A stretch of DNA of 64,000 bases, from contig CAWKDB010000010.1 of the NCBI GenBank assembly GCA_963848295.1, positions 1,888,001 to 1,952,000 of the forward strand, written 5' to 3'. The stretch comes from an uncultured delta proteobacterium. Its GTDB lineage: Bacteria > Myxococcota_A > Polyangia > Haliangiales > Haliangiaceae. Made by a program: the position numbers and the translations under genes. This document shows positions 1 through 11,781 of this stretch, in pieces. Under the pieces are notes generated by a model, which searched no databases, was not told where the DNA came from, and worked only from the letters and a program-made list of their open reading frames with translations. How positions within the stretch are numbered: position 1 is the stretch's first letter; the number at the start of each line of letters is the position of its first letter.

Positions 1-2156
1 CCGAGCGTGAGCTGGGTGAGGTCGTTCGATCCGATCGAGAAGCCGTCGAAGATCTGCGCGAATTGCTTCGCCAGGATCACGTTGCTCGGGATCTCGCACA
101 TCACGTAGAGCTCGAGCCCGTTCTTGCCGCGCTCGAGGCCGTGCTTGGCCATCTCCACCGCGACGGCGCGGCCTTCCGCGACCGTCCGGCAGAACGGGAT
201 CATGAGCTTCACGTTGGTGAGCCCCATGTCGTCACGCACCTTCTTCATGGCCCGGCACTCGAGCGCAAAGCCGGCCTGATAGCGCGGGTCGTAGTAGCGC
301 GACGCCCCGCGGAACCCGATCATCGGGTTCTCCTCCACCGGCTCGTACGCTTTGCCGCCGACGAGGTTCGCGTACTCGTTCGACTTGAAGTCGCTCATCC
401 GGACGATCACGTCCTTGGGGTAGAACGCGGCCGCGATCATCGCGACGCCCTGGGCGAGTTTGTCGACGAAGAAACCGGGCTTGTCGGCGTAACCGGCGGT
501 CAGTCGATCGATCTCGGCCTTGACGCCCGCGTCATCGAGTCGGTCGTAGTCCAGCAGTGCCAGCGGATGGACCTTGATGTAATTGCTGATGATGAACTCT
601 TCGCGCGCGAGGCCGACACCATCGTTGGGAATGAACGAGAGCGCGAATGCGTCCTCCGGGTTGCCGACGTTCATCATCACCTTCGTGTGCGGCCGCGCGA
701 GCGCCTTCAGGTCGGTACGCTCGATCTCGAACGCAAGCTTCCCCTCATAGACGACGCCCTCGTCACCCCCGGCGCACGACACGGTGACGATCTGTCCATC
801 CTTGAGGACCTCCGTACCCTGCTCGGTGCCGACCACGGCGGGAAGCCCGAGCTCGCGGCTCACGATCGCCGCATGGCACGTGCGGCCGCCGCGGTTCGTC
901 ACGATCGCGGCGGCCTTCTTCATGATCGGCTCCCAATCGGGGTCGGTCTTGTCGGTGACCAGGACCTCGCCGTCCTTGAACTGCTGGAGGAACTGCGCGC
1001 TCTTGATCACGCGCACGGGACCGCTCGCGATCTTCTCGCCGACGCTCCGGCCCGTGACGAGGCTCTTTCCCTGCTCTTTTAGCTGGTAGGTCTCGAGGAC
1101 GTCTTGCGCCTTCCTCGACTCGACCGTCTCCGGTCGAGCCTGGACGACGAACAGCTCCCCGGTGCGCCCGTCCTTGGCCCACTCGATGTCCATCGGGCTC
1201 TCGTGGCCCTTCTTGTTCGAGTAGTGATCCTCGATCTCGCAGCCCCAGCGCGCGAGCGTGAGGATCTCGTCGTCGGCAAGCGCGAACCGAGCGCGGTCCT
1301 CGGGCGCTACCGGGATGTTCTTGACCATCTTGCCGCCGCCGACGTCGTAGACGAGCTTGAACTCCTTGTTGCCGAGGCTCTTCTGCAAGATGGGGCGGCT
1401 GCCGGTCTTGAGCGTCGGCTTGAACACGTAATACTCGTCGGGGTTCACCGAGCCCTGGACGACGTTCTCGCCGAGTCCGTACGAGGCGTTGATGAGGACC
1501 ACGTCCCGGAAGCCCGACTCGGTATCGATCGTGAACATCACGCCGGCGGCGGCGAGATCCGAGCGCACCATGCGCTGGATGCCGATGGACAGCGCGACCT
1601 TCGTATGGTCGAAGCCCTTGTCGGCGCGGTACGAGATCGCGCGGTCCGTAAACAGCGACGCGAAACACCGCTTGCAGCTCTCGATCAGCTCGCGATGACC
1701 CCGGACGTTGAGGTAGGTCTCCTGCTGTCCAGCAAAGCTCGCGTCGGGGAGATCCTCCGCGGTCGCGCTGCTTCGAACGGCGACGTCGACCGGCTCCGAG
1801 CTCTTGTCGCCGAGTCGATCGTACGCCTCGATGATCGCGCGCTCGAGCGCGTCCGGGAGCTCGGCCGCGAGGATCGCCTGCCGGACTTTGAGGCCGCGCG
1901 CGCGAAGATCGGCGAGGTCTCGCGTCTTCAAGCCGGCGAGGATGTCCTCGAGCTTGCGATCGAGCTCGGTCTCGCGAAGGAACTGGCGGTAGGCATCCGC
2001 CGTCGTCGCGAAGCCGTTCGGGACCTTGACGCCCCTCGGAGTGAGCTGCCGATACATCTCACCGAGCGAGGCGTTCTTGCCACCCACGTCCGGGACGTCC
2101 TCGATGCCGATCTCGCTGAACCAACGAACGAGCGCTGTCTTGCCGGTCTTCGTCAC
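1..2156 (-). CDS. ppsA: Phosphoenolpyruvate synthase (3' end runs off the window; absent from the ORF track)
   Basis: Minus strand from GTG 2156 (GAGGT RBS upstream) reads MTKTGKTALVRWFSEIGIEDVPDVGGKNASLGEM...GFATTA. It contains AVRSSATAEDLPDASFAGQQETYLN, the phospho-His motif GGRTCHAAIVSRELG, and FDGFSIGSNDLTQLTL at the window edge. Confidence 0.96.
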   Translation of the reverse strand, partial: MTKTGKTALVRWFSEIGIEDVPDVGGKNASLGEMYRQLTPRGVKVPNGFATTADAYRQFLRETELDRKLEDILAGLKTRDLADLRARGLKVRQAILAAELPDALERAIIEAYDRLGDKSSEPVDVAVRSSATAEDLPDASFAGQQETYLNVRGHRELIESCKRCFASLFTDRAISYRADKGFDHTKVALSIGIQRMVRSDLAAAGVMFTIDTESGFRDVVLINASYGLGENVVQGSVNPDEYYVFKPTLKTGSRPILQKSLGNKEFKLVYDVGGGKMVKNIPVAPEDRARFALADDEILTLARWGCEIEDHYSNKKGHESPMDIEWAKDGRTGELFVVQARPETVESRKAQDVLETYQLKEQGKSLVTGRSVGEKIASGPVRVIKSAQFLQQFKDGEVLVTDKTDPDWEPIMKKAAAIVTNRGGRTCHAAIVSRELGLPAVVGTEQGTEVLKDGQIVTVSCAGGDEGVVYEGKLAFEIERTDLKALARPHTKVMMNVGNPEDAFALSFIPNDGVGLAREEFIISNYIKVHPLALLDYDRLDDAGVKAEIDRLTAGYADKPGFFVDKLAQGVAMIAAAFYPKDVIVRMSDFKSNEYANLVGGKAYEPVEENPMIGFRGASRYYDPRYQAGFALECRAMKKVRDDMGLTNVKLMIPFCRTVAEGRAVAVEMAKHGLERGKNGLELYVMCEIPSNVILAKQFAQIFDGFSIGSNDLTQLTL

Positions 2157-2223
2157 GATGCGACCTCACGGTGAGCTGGATGAAGCGGCATCGATGACCG
2201 AGTCCGCTGACGCGATCACGAGT

Positions 2224-2239
2224 TGCAACGGCCGTGCCT
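2224..2239 (-). promoter_or_regulatory. sigma54-type -24/-12 promoter of ppsA
   Basis: AGGCACGGCCGTTGCA (GG-N10-GC). Confidence 0.7.
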
Positions 2240-2308
2240 CGTATCTGGCCGGACCCGCTAGGTGACTACGAAAGCAACGGTTCGCTCATGGGACCGTGGC
2301 GCCTGGCG

Positions 2309-3250
2309 CTATGCGCTCGTTATCGCGATCTCGTTGTAGATCGCGGCAAGGGGTATCTGGTTCTCCAGGCACGCGCGCAAGCGCGTCTCGCTCGGCTTGC
2401 CACGCAGGCTCGCGAGCACTCGCGCCGGAGTCCCCCAGTCGTTCCATCCGACGTCGATCATCGTGACGAGCGCGAGCTCCGTCGCCAGCTGCAACAGGTC
2501 GCGGCTAAAATCTGCGGACGCCAGGCCGTCAAACGCCTCGCGGATCGACCCGCCGCCCGAGGCCCACGCAGCGAACCGCTCGGCATGCACCGGCAGGTGG
2601 GAACGGACGAGCTGATCGAGCGACGCGATCGGCGCCGCGAACACGAAGGTGTTCCATAGCCCACCGTCGCGCTGTAGGCGTGCTGCGAGCTCGCGGTCCG
2701 GCTTCTCGACGAAACCGTCGACCGTCATGACGCCCGGCCCGATCGCGGTGCCGGGGACGATCCATCCGTAGTCCGGATCGGGCGCATCGGGCGTGGTCCC
2801 GACCAACACGACGCGATCGAGCTGCCGGCTCGCCGAGGCCGCGGCTCGCGCGGCGTTCAGGAAGCCGCATTCGTCAGCGACATAGTGGTCGCTCGGGAAC
2901 ACCAGGACGTTGCCCGCGTGATCGTGAGCTCGGATCCACGCGACGCCGTAAAGGATCGCGACGGCGGTGCCGAGGCTGGCAGGCTGAATCAGCAGCGTGA
3001 CCCCGTCGAACGCTTCGAGTTGCGCGCGCGCGAGCGCGGTGTGTTTCGGGCCGACCACCACGACGATGCGGTCGCGCGGCACGATCTGCTCGACGCGTGC
3101 GACGGTCTCCTGGAGCATCGAGCGGGCGCCGTCGAGCGCAGCGAACTGCTTGGGCATCGGCTGCCCGTAGAGCGCGGAAGTAAGGGAGGCCAGCCGCGTT
3201 CCCTCGCCGCCTGCAAGGATCACTGCCCAGGTTCGCTCGTCGTTCGTCAT
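2309..3250 (-). CDS. manC: Mannose-1-phosphate guanylyltransferase-like nucleotidyltransferase (no PMI domain)
   Basis: ILAGGEGTRL...PKQF, VFPSDHY, DYGWI, FVEKP, WNTFVF, GWNDWG motifs; ATG at 3250. Confidence 0.85.
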   Translation of the reverse strand: MTNDERTWAVILAGGEGTRLASLTSALYGQPMPKQFAALDGARSMLQETVARVEQIVPRDRIVVVVGPKHTALARAQLEAFDGVTLLIQPASLGTAVAILYGVAWIRAHDHAGNVLVFPSDHYVADECGFLNAARAAASASRQLDRVVLVGTTPDAPDPDYGWIVPGTAIGPGVMTVDGFVEKPDRELAARLQRDGGLWNTFVFAAPIASLDQLVRSHLPVHAERFAAWASGGGSIREAFDGLASADFSRDLLQLATELALVTMIDVGWNDWGTPARVLASLRGKPSETRLRACLENQIPLAAIYNEIAITSA

Positions 3251-3269
3251 CGGTGCTTGCTCGGAACAC

Positions 3270-3285
3270 AGCAAGCCGCGATCCA
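3270..3285 (-). promoter_or_regulatory. sigma54-type promoter of manC
   Basis: TGGATCGCGGCTTGCT (GG-N10-GC). Confidence 0.55.
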
Positions 3286-3419
3286 GCGTGTATCTCGTCA
3301 GCCGGATCGTTCACGCGCAAATCTAGCGGGCGGGGTACTCTAGCCCGCGGCGATTGCGCGCTCCCGGCGACACGCAAACCGATCACGCCGAACCCTAGGT
3401 CAAACGTGCCGCGTTGCGC

Positions 3420-3435
3420 GGGCACGACACCTGCA
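3420..3435 (+). promoter_or_regulatory. sigma54-type promoter of glgP
   Basis: GGGCACGACACCTGCA (GG-N10-GC). Confidence 0.6.
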
Positions 3436-3482
3436 CTTCACACGTCGCCGCCGGCACGTGCAGATCGCCGTTCGAGCAAGCC

Positions 3483-6032
3483 ATGCTTCACGCTCACACG
3501 CGCGTCGGCCACCCGATCTACAATCTCCTGCCCACGCACATCGAGGGCTTCGATTCACTGGCGGACCTCGCCCTGGACCTGCGCTGGTCGTGGAGTCACG
3601 CCACCGACGAAGTCTGGCGGCAGCTCGATCACGAGCTGTGGGAGCGCACGCACAATCCGTGGGTCGTCCTGCAAACCGTCTCGCGCGATCGAATCGAGCG
3701 TGTGCTGGCTGACCCGATGTTCCGCAAGCAGGTCGATAGTCTCGTCGAAGCGACTCGTCAGGCGGCCGAAGCGCCGGCCTGGTTTCAGCGGGCTCATGCG
3801 AACTCCCCGCTGACGTGCACTGCGTATTTCAGCATGGAGTTCATGTTGAGCGATGCGCTGCCGGTCTACGCCGGTGGGCTCGGCAACGTGGCCGGTGATC
3901 AACTCAAAGCCGCCAGCGATCTCGGCGTGCCGGTGGTCGGCGTCGGCCTGCTGTATCAGCAAGGCTACTTCCGACAGGTGATCGACAAGAATGGAGAGCA
4001 ACGGGCCCTGTTCCCGTACAACGATCCCGGACAGCTTCCGATCACGCCATTGCGCCAGCCCAACGGCGAGTGGTTGCGACTAGAGATCGCCCTCCCTGGA
4101 TACTCGGTGTGGCTGCGCGCCTGGCAGGTCCAAGTCGGCAGAGTGAAGCTGTATCTGCTCGACACCAATGACGCGACGAATTTTCCGGCGCATCGGGGAA
4201 TCACGAGCGCGCTCTACGGCGATGGACAGGAGTTGCGTCTCGCGCAGGAGCTGCTCCTCGGGATCGGTGGATGGCGACTACTCCGCACGCTCGGGCTCAG
4301 ACCAGAGGTCTGTCATCTCAATGAAGGGCATGCGGCGTTCGTGGTGGTGGAGCGTGCCCGCACGTTCATGGAGGATACAGGGCAGCCGTTCGACGTCGCG
4401 CTGGCCGTTACTCGAGCGGGGAACCTGTTCACGACCCACACCGCGGTGGCCGCTGGGTTCGACCGTTTCGCTCCAGACATGATCGAGCGATATCTCGGTC
4501 GTTATGCGGAGCAGAGGCTCGGCATCACATGCCACGAGCTGCTGGCCCTGGGCCGCCAGAATCCGAACGACTCGTCGGAGAGCTTCAACATGGCCTATCT
4601 GTCGATTCGCGGCAGCGGGGCCGTGAACGCCGTGAGTCGGCTCCACGGGAACGTCAGCCGACAGCTGTTCGAGCCGTTGTTCCCTCGATGGCCGATCGAC
4701 GAAGTGCCCGTCGGGCACGTGACCAACGGGGTTCACGTGCCGACCTGGGACTCGGTGGCAGCCGACGATCTCTGGACGCGAGCCTGTGGCAAACACCGCT
4801 GGTTGGAGCCCACGGATCCCCTCGAGCAAAAGATTCGCGGCCTTTCCAATGCCGCGCTCTGGCAATCGCGCACCGCCGCCCGCGAGACTCTGATCGTGTA
4901 CGCGCGCGAGCGGTTAGCGAGACAACTCGCGGCGTCCGGCGCATCGCGCGACGAGCTCGACCAGGTGAAGCAGTTGTTCGATCCCCGTGCGTTGACGCTG
5001 GGCTTCGCGCGCCGCTTCGCGACCTACAAGCGACCGAACCTGCTGCTGCATGACCGGCAGCGACTGCTGCGTTTGTTGGCCGACTCCCAGCGCCCCGTTC
5101 AGCTCATCATCGCCGGTAAGGCGCATCCCGCGGATCAGGCGGGGCAGGATCTGATCCGGGAATGGATCCACTTCATCCGCCAACCCGAGACGCGCCCCCA
5201 CGTGATCTTCCTCGGTGACTACGACATGCTCGTGTCCGAGCACCTCGTTCAAGGCGTGGACGTCTGGATCAATACGCCGCGCCGGCCGTGGGAAGCGTGT
5301 GGAACCAGCGGCATGAAGGTGCTCGTCAACGGGGGCTTGAACTTGTCGGAGCTGGACGGCTGGTGGGCGGAGGCGTATGCGCCCGACATCGGGTGGGCGT
5401 TGGGGGACGGCCGCGAACACGGTGAGGATCCCGCATGGGATGCCGCCGAGGCAGACGCGCTGTACGGCCTGCTCGAGCGAGAGGTGATTCCCGAGTTCTA
5501 TACCCGCGACGCACAGGACATCCCCACGGCCTGGGTCGCCCGGATGAGGGAGAGCATGGCGCGGTTGACTCCGCAATTCTCGACGAACCGGGTGGTCCGC
5601 GAATACGCCGAGCAACACTATCTGCCGGCGGCAACCGAGTACCGAGCGCGCGCGGCCGACAACGGCGCAGGTGGCAGAGCCATCGTCAGCTGGGAGCGTA
5701 CGTTGAAGGACAAGTGGAGCGGGCTACGTTTCGGCGGGGTCACGGTCGAGACGACCTCGACGCAGCACCTCTTCGAGGTGGAAGTGTCCCTGGGCGATAT
5801 CGATCCGAGCATCGTGCGAGTCGAGCTGTATGCCGACGGGATCGACGGCAGCGGTCCGATCCGGCAGGAGATGACCCACGTCCCGGAGCCGGCCCGCGAA
5901 CGAGTCGGGCGGGTCTATCGAGCGTCGGTTTCGGCGACCCGCTTCGCAACTGACTATACGCCGCGCATCATCCCGCATTACCCCGGCGTAGCGGTACCGC
6001 TGGAGGTCGCTCCCATTCTCTGGCGGCAGTGA
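3483..6032 (+). CDS. glgP: Alpha-glucan (glycogen/maltodextrin) phosphorylase
   Basis: AYFSMEF, GGLG, HLNEGHAAF, FARRFATYKR, PLP motif EACGTSGMK. Confidence 0.96.
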   Translation: MLHAHTRVGHPIYNLLPTHIEGFDSLADLALDLRWSWSHATDEVWRQLDHELWERTHNPWVVLQTVSRDRIERVLADPMFRKQVDSLVEATRQAAEAPAWFQRAHANSPLTCTAYFSMEFMLSDALPVYAGGLGNVAGDQLKAASDLGVPVVGVGLLYQQGYFRQVIDKNGEQRALFPYNDPGQLPITPLRQPNGEWLRLEIALPGYSVWLRAWQVQVGRVKLYLLDTNDATNFPAHRGITSALYGDGQELRLAQELLLGIGGWRLLRTLGLRPEVCHLNEGHAAFVVVERARTFMEDTGQPFDVALAVTRAGNLFTTHTAVAAGFDRFAPDMIERYLGRYAEQRLGITCHELLALGRQNPNDSSESFNMAYLSIRGSGAVNAVSRLHGNVSRQLFEPLFPRWPIDEVPVGHVTNGVHVPTWDSVAADDLWTRACGKHRWLEPTDPLEQKIRGLSNAALWQSRTAARETLIVYARERLARQLAASGASRDELDQVKQLFDPRALTLGFARRFATYKRPNLLLHDRQRLLRLLADSQRPVQLIIAGKAHPADQAGQDLIREWIHFIRQPETRPHVIFLGDYDMLVSEHLVQGVDVWINTPRRPWEACGTSGMKVLVNGGLNLSELDGWWAEAYAPDIGWALGDGREHGEDPAWDAAEADALYGLLEREVIPEFYTRDAQDIPTAWVARMRESMARLTPQFSTNRVVREYAEQHYLPAATEYRARAADNGAGGRAIVSWERTLKDKWSGLRFGGVTVETTSTQHLFEVEVSLGDIDPSIVRVELYADGIDGSGPIRQEMTHVPEPARERVGRVYRASVSATRFATDYTPRIIPHYPGVAVPLEVAPILWRQ

Positions 6033-6120
6033 TCGCGCACACGGTTCGAGCGACATCGTCGATCTTTTGAACTCTCGCCGTCACGGCCCAGAGCCGCTGC
6101 CCGGAGCAGCGACATGCGCA

Positions 6121-6136
6121 CGGCATGGTCGATGCA
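6121..6136 (+). promoter_or_regulatory. sigma54-type promoter of the N-ATPase operon
   Basis: CGGCATGGTCGATGCA (GG-N10-GC). Confidence 0.6.
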
Positions 6137-6195
6137 AGCGATGCTCTTATGACGGCCATCCGCATCCGGAGCGAGCGCCCCTGCGGCACCCGTAA

Positions 6196-8147
<1,952 letters not shown>

Positions 8148-8155
<8 letters not shown>

Positions 8156-8474
8156 CGAACCGACCAAGCAACCCGCGAAGAGCGCGCCGACGCTCGCCGA
8201 GCAGGTCGGCGCGAAGGCGGCGCGCAAGCTCAAGGCGCGGCGGAACACGCACGGCGTCTGGTTCGGCCTGGGCATGATGGGCCTCATCGGCTGGTCGGTC
8301 GCGCTCCCGACGCTGCTCGGCGCGGCGCTCGGATACTGGCTGGATCGCCGCCACGCCGGCGAGCATTCGTGGACGCTGGCGCTGCTGGTGGCCGGGCTCG
8401 TGCTCGGCTGTTTCAATGCGTGGCATTGGATCGCCAAAGAAGACAAGGCGATGGGGGAGGATGACGATGAGTGA
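8148..8474 (+). CDS. atpQ: N-ATPase AtpQ (AtpZ/AtpI-like)
   Basis: VWFGLGMMGLIGWSVALPTLLG, two TM helices, operon position. Confidence 0.85.
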
Positions 8475-8763
8475 ACCGGTGGCGCTCGTGCTCGCGTGGG
8501 CGGCTGGAAGCGGGCTCGGTGCGATCTTCTTCGGCGGCCTCTGGTGGACGGTTCGCAAGGGCGTTACGGCCAACCAGCCCGCGCTGTGGTTCTTCGGCAG
8601 CTTGCTCGTACGGATGGGCGTTGCCCTGGCCGGCTTCTACGTCGTCTCCGGAGGCCATCTGGATCGGTTGCTCGCGTGTCTCTTTGGATTTGTCGTGGCA
8701 CGCCCGGTCGTGACATGGCTGACGCGAACGCGACCGGCACCGGAGGCGGGCCATGCACCTTAG
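8467..8763 (+). CDS. atpR: N-ATPase AtpR
   Basis: LGAIFFGGLWWTV, GSLLVRM, GFVVAR; Arg residues inside TM segments; operon position. Confidence 0.85.
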   Translation: MSEPVALVLAWAAGSGLGAIFFGGLWWTVRKGVTANQPALWFFGSLLVRMGVALAGFYVVSGGHLDRLLACLFGFVVARPVVTWLTRTRPAPEAGHAP

Positions 8764-9442
8764 TGCCGATCAGATGATCTTCTGGCACCACGGGGTCCTG
8801 AAGCTCAATGGAACGATCGTGTTCACGTGGGGACTGATGTTCGTGCTGGTCGTCGGCTCGAAGCTCATCACACGCAGGTTATCCACGGAGCTAGAGCGTT
8901 CTCGCTGGCAGAACCTGCTGGAGATGATCGTCATCAACATCGAGACGCAGATCGAAGAGGTCGGCCTCCCCCATCCCGAGAAGTATCTCGGCTTTCTGGG
9001 CACGCTCCTGTTGTTCCTCGCCACGGCCAACCTGTTCACCGTCATCCCCGGCTACCAGCCGCCGACCGGCTCGCTCTCGACCACCGCCGCACTCGCGCTG
9101 TGCGTGTTCGTCGCCGTGCCTTGGTTCGGCATCAAGGAGCAGGGGCTCGGCGACTACCTCAAGTCGTACGTCGAGCCGACGTTCATCATGCTTCCGTTCA
9201 ACATCATCAGCGAGGTCTCCCGCACCCTGGCTCTGGCCGTGCGCCTGTTCGGCAACATGATGAGCGGCGTGATGATCATCGGCATTCTGCTCACCATCAC
9301 TCCATTCATCTTCCCGATCGTCATGACGACGCTCGGTCTGCTGACTGGCATGGTGCAGGCTTACATCTTCAGCATCCTCGCGGCGGTCTACATCGCCGCC
9401 GCGACAAGCGCGCGCAGACCGAAGCGTGCCGTCAAGACGTGA
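8753..9442 (+). CDS. atpB: ATPase a subunit
   Basis: SRTLALAVRLFGN (essential Arg), QAYIFSILAAVYI. Confidence 0.95.
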   Translation: MHLSADQMIFWHHGVLKLNGTIVFTWGLMFVLVVGSKLITRRLSTELERSRWQNLLEMIVINIETQIEEVGLPHPEKYLGFLGTLLLFLATANLFTVIPGYQPPTGSLSTTAALALCVFVAVPWFGIKEQGLGDYLKSYVEPTFIMLPFNIISEVSRTLALAVRLFGNMMSGVMIIGILLTITPFIFPIVMTTLGLLTGMVQAYIFSILAAVYIAAATSARRPKRAVKT

Positions 9443-9471
9443 ACCGACACGAGTGACCGAGAGGACAAACC

Positions 9472-9753
9472 ATGGACAACATGACAATCATCGCGGTGGC
9501 ATCCATTGTCATCGCCGGCATGACGATCGCGGTCGGCAGTCTCGGGCCCGCGCTGGCGGAAGGCAGGGCGGTCGCGACGGCGTTGAGCTCGCTCGCCCAG
9601 CAGCCGGATGCGTCCAAGACGATCACGCGGACCTTGTTCGTGGGTCTAGCGATGATCGAGTCGCTGGCCATCTATTGCTTTGTGGTCGCGATGATCCTGA
9701 TCTTTGCCAATCCGTTCTGGAATCACGTCATCTCCCAGACTGCGCCGAAGTGA
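9472..9753 (+). CDS. atpE: ATPase c subunit (N-type)
   Basis: GPALAEG...QQP...AMIESLAIY hairpin; GAGGA RBS. Confidence 0.95.
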   Translation: MDNMTIIAVASIVIAGMTIAVGSLGPALAEGRAVATALSSLAQQPDASKTITRTLFVGLAMIESLAIYCFVVAMILIFANPFWNHVISQTAPK

Positions 9754-9756
9754 CTC

Positions 9757-10563
9757 GTGCTGATCGACTGGTACACCGTCGGCGCGCAGGCGCTCAACTT
9801 CGTCATCCTCGTGTGGTTGATGAAGCACTTCCTGTACAAGCCCGTGCTCCGCGCCATCGACACGCGCGAGAAGCTGATCGCCACCGAGCTCGCAGATGCC
9901 GCCGCGAAGGAGGCCGAGGCCCATAAGGAGCGTGACGAATTCCAGCACAAGAACGAGGAGCTCGACCGGCAGCGCGTGGCGCTGTTGAAGAAGGCGTCCG
10001 ACGATGCCAACGCGGAACGCCACCGGCTTCTCGACCATGCCCGCCGGGCAGCCGACGCGCTGAGAGCGAAGCAACAGGCCGCGCTGCGGGACGACGCCAG
10101 GAGCCTCCAAGAAGCCATCCAGCGCCGGACGCAGCACGAGGTCTTTGCCATCGCACGAAAGGCGCTGACAGATCTCGCCGCGACGGGTCTCGAGGAACGG
10201 TTCGCCGCCGTATTCACTCGCCGGTTGCGAGAGCTGGACGGCGCGACGAAAACCGATCTCGCCAAGGGCATCAAGGCGGCGTCCGACTCCGCGCTCGTTC
10301 GCAGCGCGTTCGAGCTGCCCGCCGATCAGCGCGCGGTGATCCAGAACGCGCTCAACGAGACGTTCTCCGCCGATATCCATGTCCGGTTCGAGACCGCGCC
10401 GGATCTCGTCAGCGGGATCGAGCTCGCCACGAATGGCCAGAAAGTCGGCTGGACCATCGCCGAGTACCTTGGTTCGCTCGAACGGGGCGTGGACGAGCTC
10501 TTGAAGGAGAACGCGAAGACCGAGATCAAAGCCGAGCCCACGCCGGAAGCCAAGAGCGAATGA
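9757..10563 (+). CDS. atpF: ATPase b subunit (b/delta-like fusion typical of N-ATPases)
   Basis: [28 protein letters not shown]; coiled coil; C-terminal DLVSGIEL...GWTI. Confidence 0.92.
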   Translation: MLIDWYTVGAQALNFVILVWLMKHFLYKPVLRAIDTREKLIATELADAAAKEAEAHKERDEFQHKNEELDRQRVALLKKASDDANAERHRLLDHARRAADALRAKQQAALRDDARSLQEAIQRRTQHEVFAIARKALTDLAATGLEERFAAVFTRRLRELDGATKTDLAKGIKAASDSALVRSAFELPADQRAVIQNALNETFSADIHVRFETAPDLVSGIELATNGQKVGWTIAEYLGSLERGVDELLKENAKTEIKAEPTPEAKSE

Positions 10564-11781
10564 ACAGCACGCCTGACAGCTTGCAGAGCGTCTTCGACCG
10601 CGCGTTCGCCGAGATCGCGGAGGTGCGCCACGCCTTCACGCCGCAGCTGACGCCACGCGAGGTGGGCAGGATCACCAGCATCGCAACCGGGATCGCGAAG
10701 GTCTCCGGCCTTCCCGGCGTGGGCTTCGAGGAGCTCGTGAAGTTTTCCGGCGGCGTGTTCGGGATCGCGTTCAACGTGGACGAGGACGAGATCGGCGTCG
10801 TCCTGCTTGGCGACTACTGGCATCTACACGCCGGCGACGAGGTCGAGCGCACCGGCCGGGTCATGGACGTGGCCGTCGGCAATGGCTTGGTGGGACGCGT
10901 CATCGACCCGCTCGGTCGGCCACTCGATGGCAAGGGACCGGTGGTTTCCAGCAAGCGCCTGCCGATCGAACGCCCGGCGGCCCACATCATGGATCGCGCG
11001 CCGGTCACGGTGCCGCTTCAGAGCGGCTTGAAGGTCATCGACGCCCTTATTCCGATCGGGCGCGGCCAGCGCGAGCTGATCCTGGGTGACCGGCAGACGG
11101 GCAAGACTGCCATCGCGATCGACACGATTCTGAACCAGCGTGGCCGGGACGTCGCGTGCGTTTACTGCGCCATTGGTCAGCGCGCTGCCGCCGTGGCGAA
11201 AGTCGTGGCGATGCTGCGGGAGAAGGGCGCGATGGATTACACGGTCGTGGTCGTGACCGAGGGCAACGACCCGCCGGGTCTCGCATACATCGCTCCATAC
11301 GCCGCGACGAGCATCGCGGAGCATTTCATGGAAGCGGGACGCGACGTGCTGATCGTCTACGACGACCTCACGCAGCACGCCCGGGCGTACCGCGAGCTCT
11401 CCCTCCTGCTCCGCCGTCCACCGGGGCGCGAGGCGTTCCCCGGCGACATCTTCTACATCCACTCGCGCCTGCTCGAACGCGCCACTTGTCTCTGTCCGGA
11501 GCTCGGTGGTGGCTCGCTGACCGCGCTGCCGATCATCGAGACCGAAGCGCAGAACATCTCCGCGTACATTCCGACCAACCTGATCTCCATCACGGACGGG
11601 CAGATCTACCTGTCACCCTCGCTGTTCGAGCTTGGAGTCCTGCCCGCGGTCGATGTCGCCAAGTCCGTCTCGCGCGTCGGCGGCAAGGCACAGCGAGCGG
11701 CGTACCGCGCCGTCGCGGGCGACCTAAAGCTCGCCTACGCGCAGTTCGAGGAGCTCGAGACGTTCGCGCGGTTCGGCGCCC
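10560..11781 (+). pseudogene. atpA: ATPase alpha subunit, 5' fragment (interrupted by IS)
   Basis: [27 protein letters not shown]; similarity stops at [12 protein letters not shown] where the IS begins. Confidence 0.95.

Noticed and set aside
63..2174. Long plus-strand ORFs 63-1082 and 1104-2174
   Set aside because: Antisense shadows of ppsA. Most other overlapping Arg/Ala-rich ORFs in the track are likewise GC-rich artefacts.
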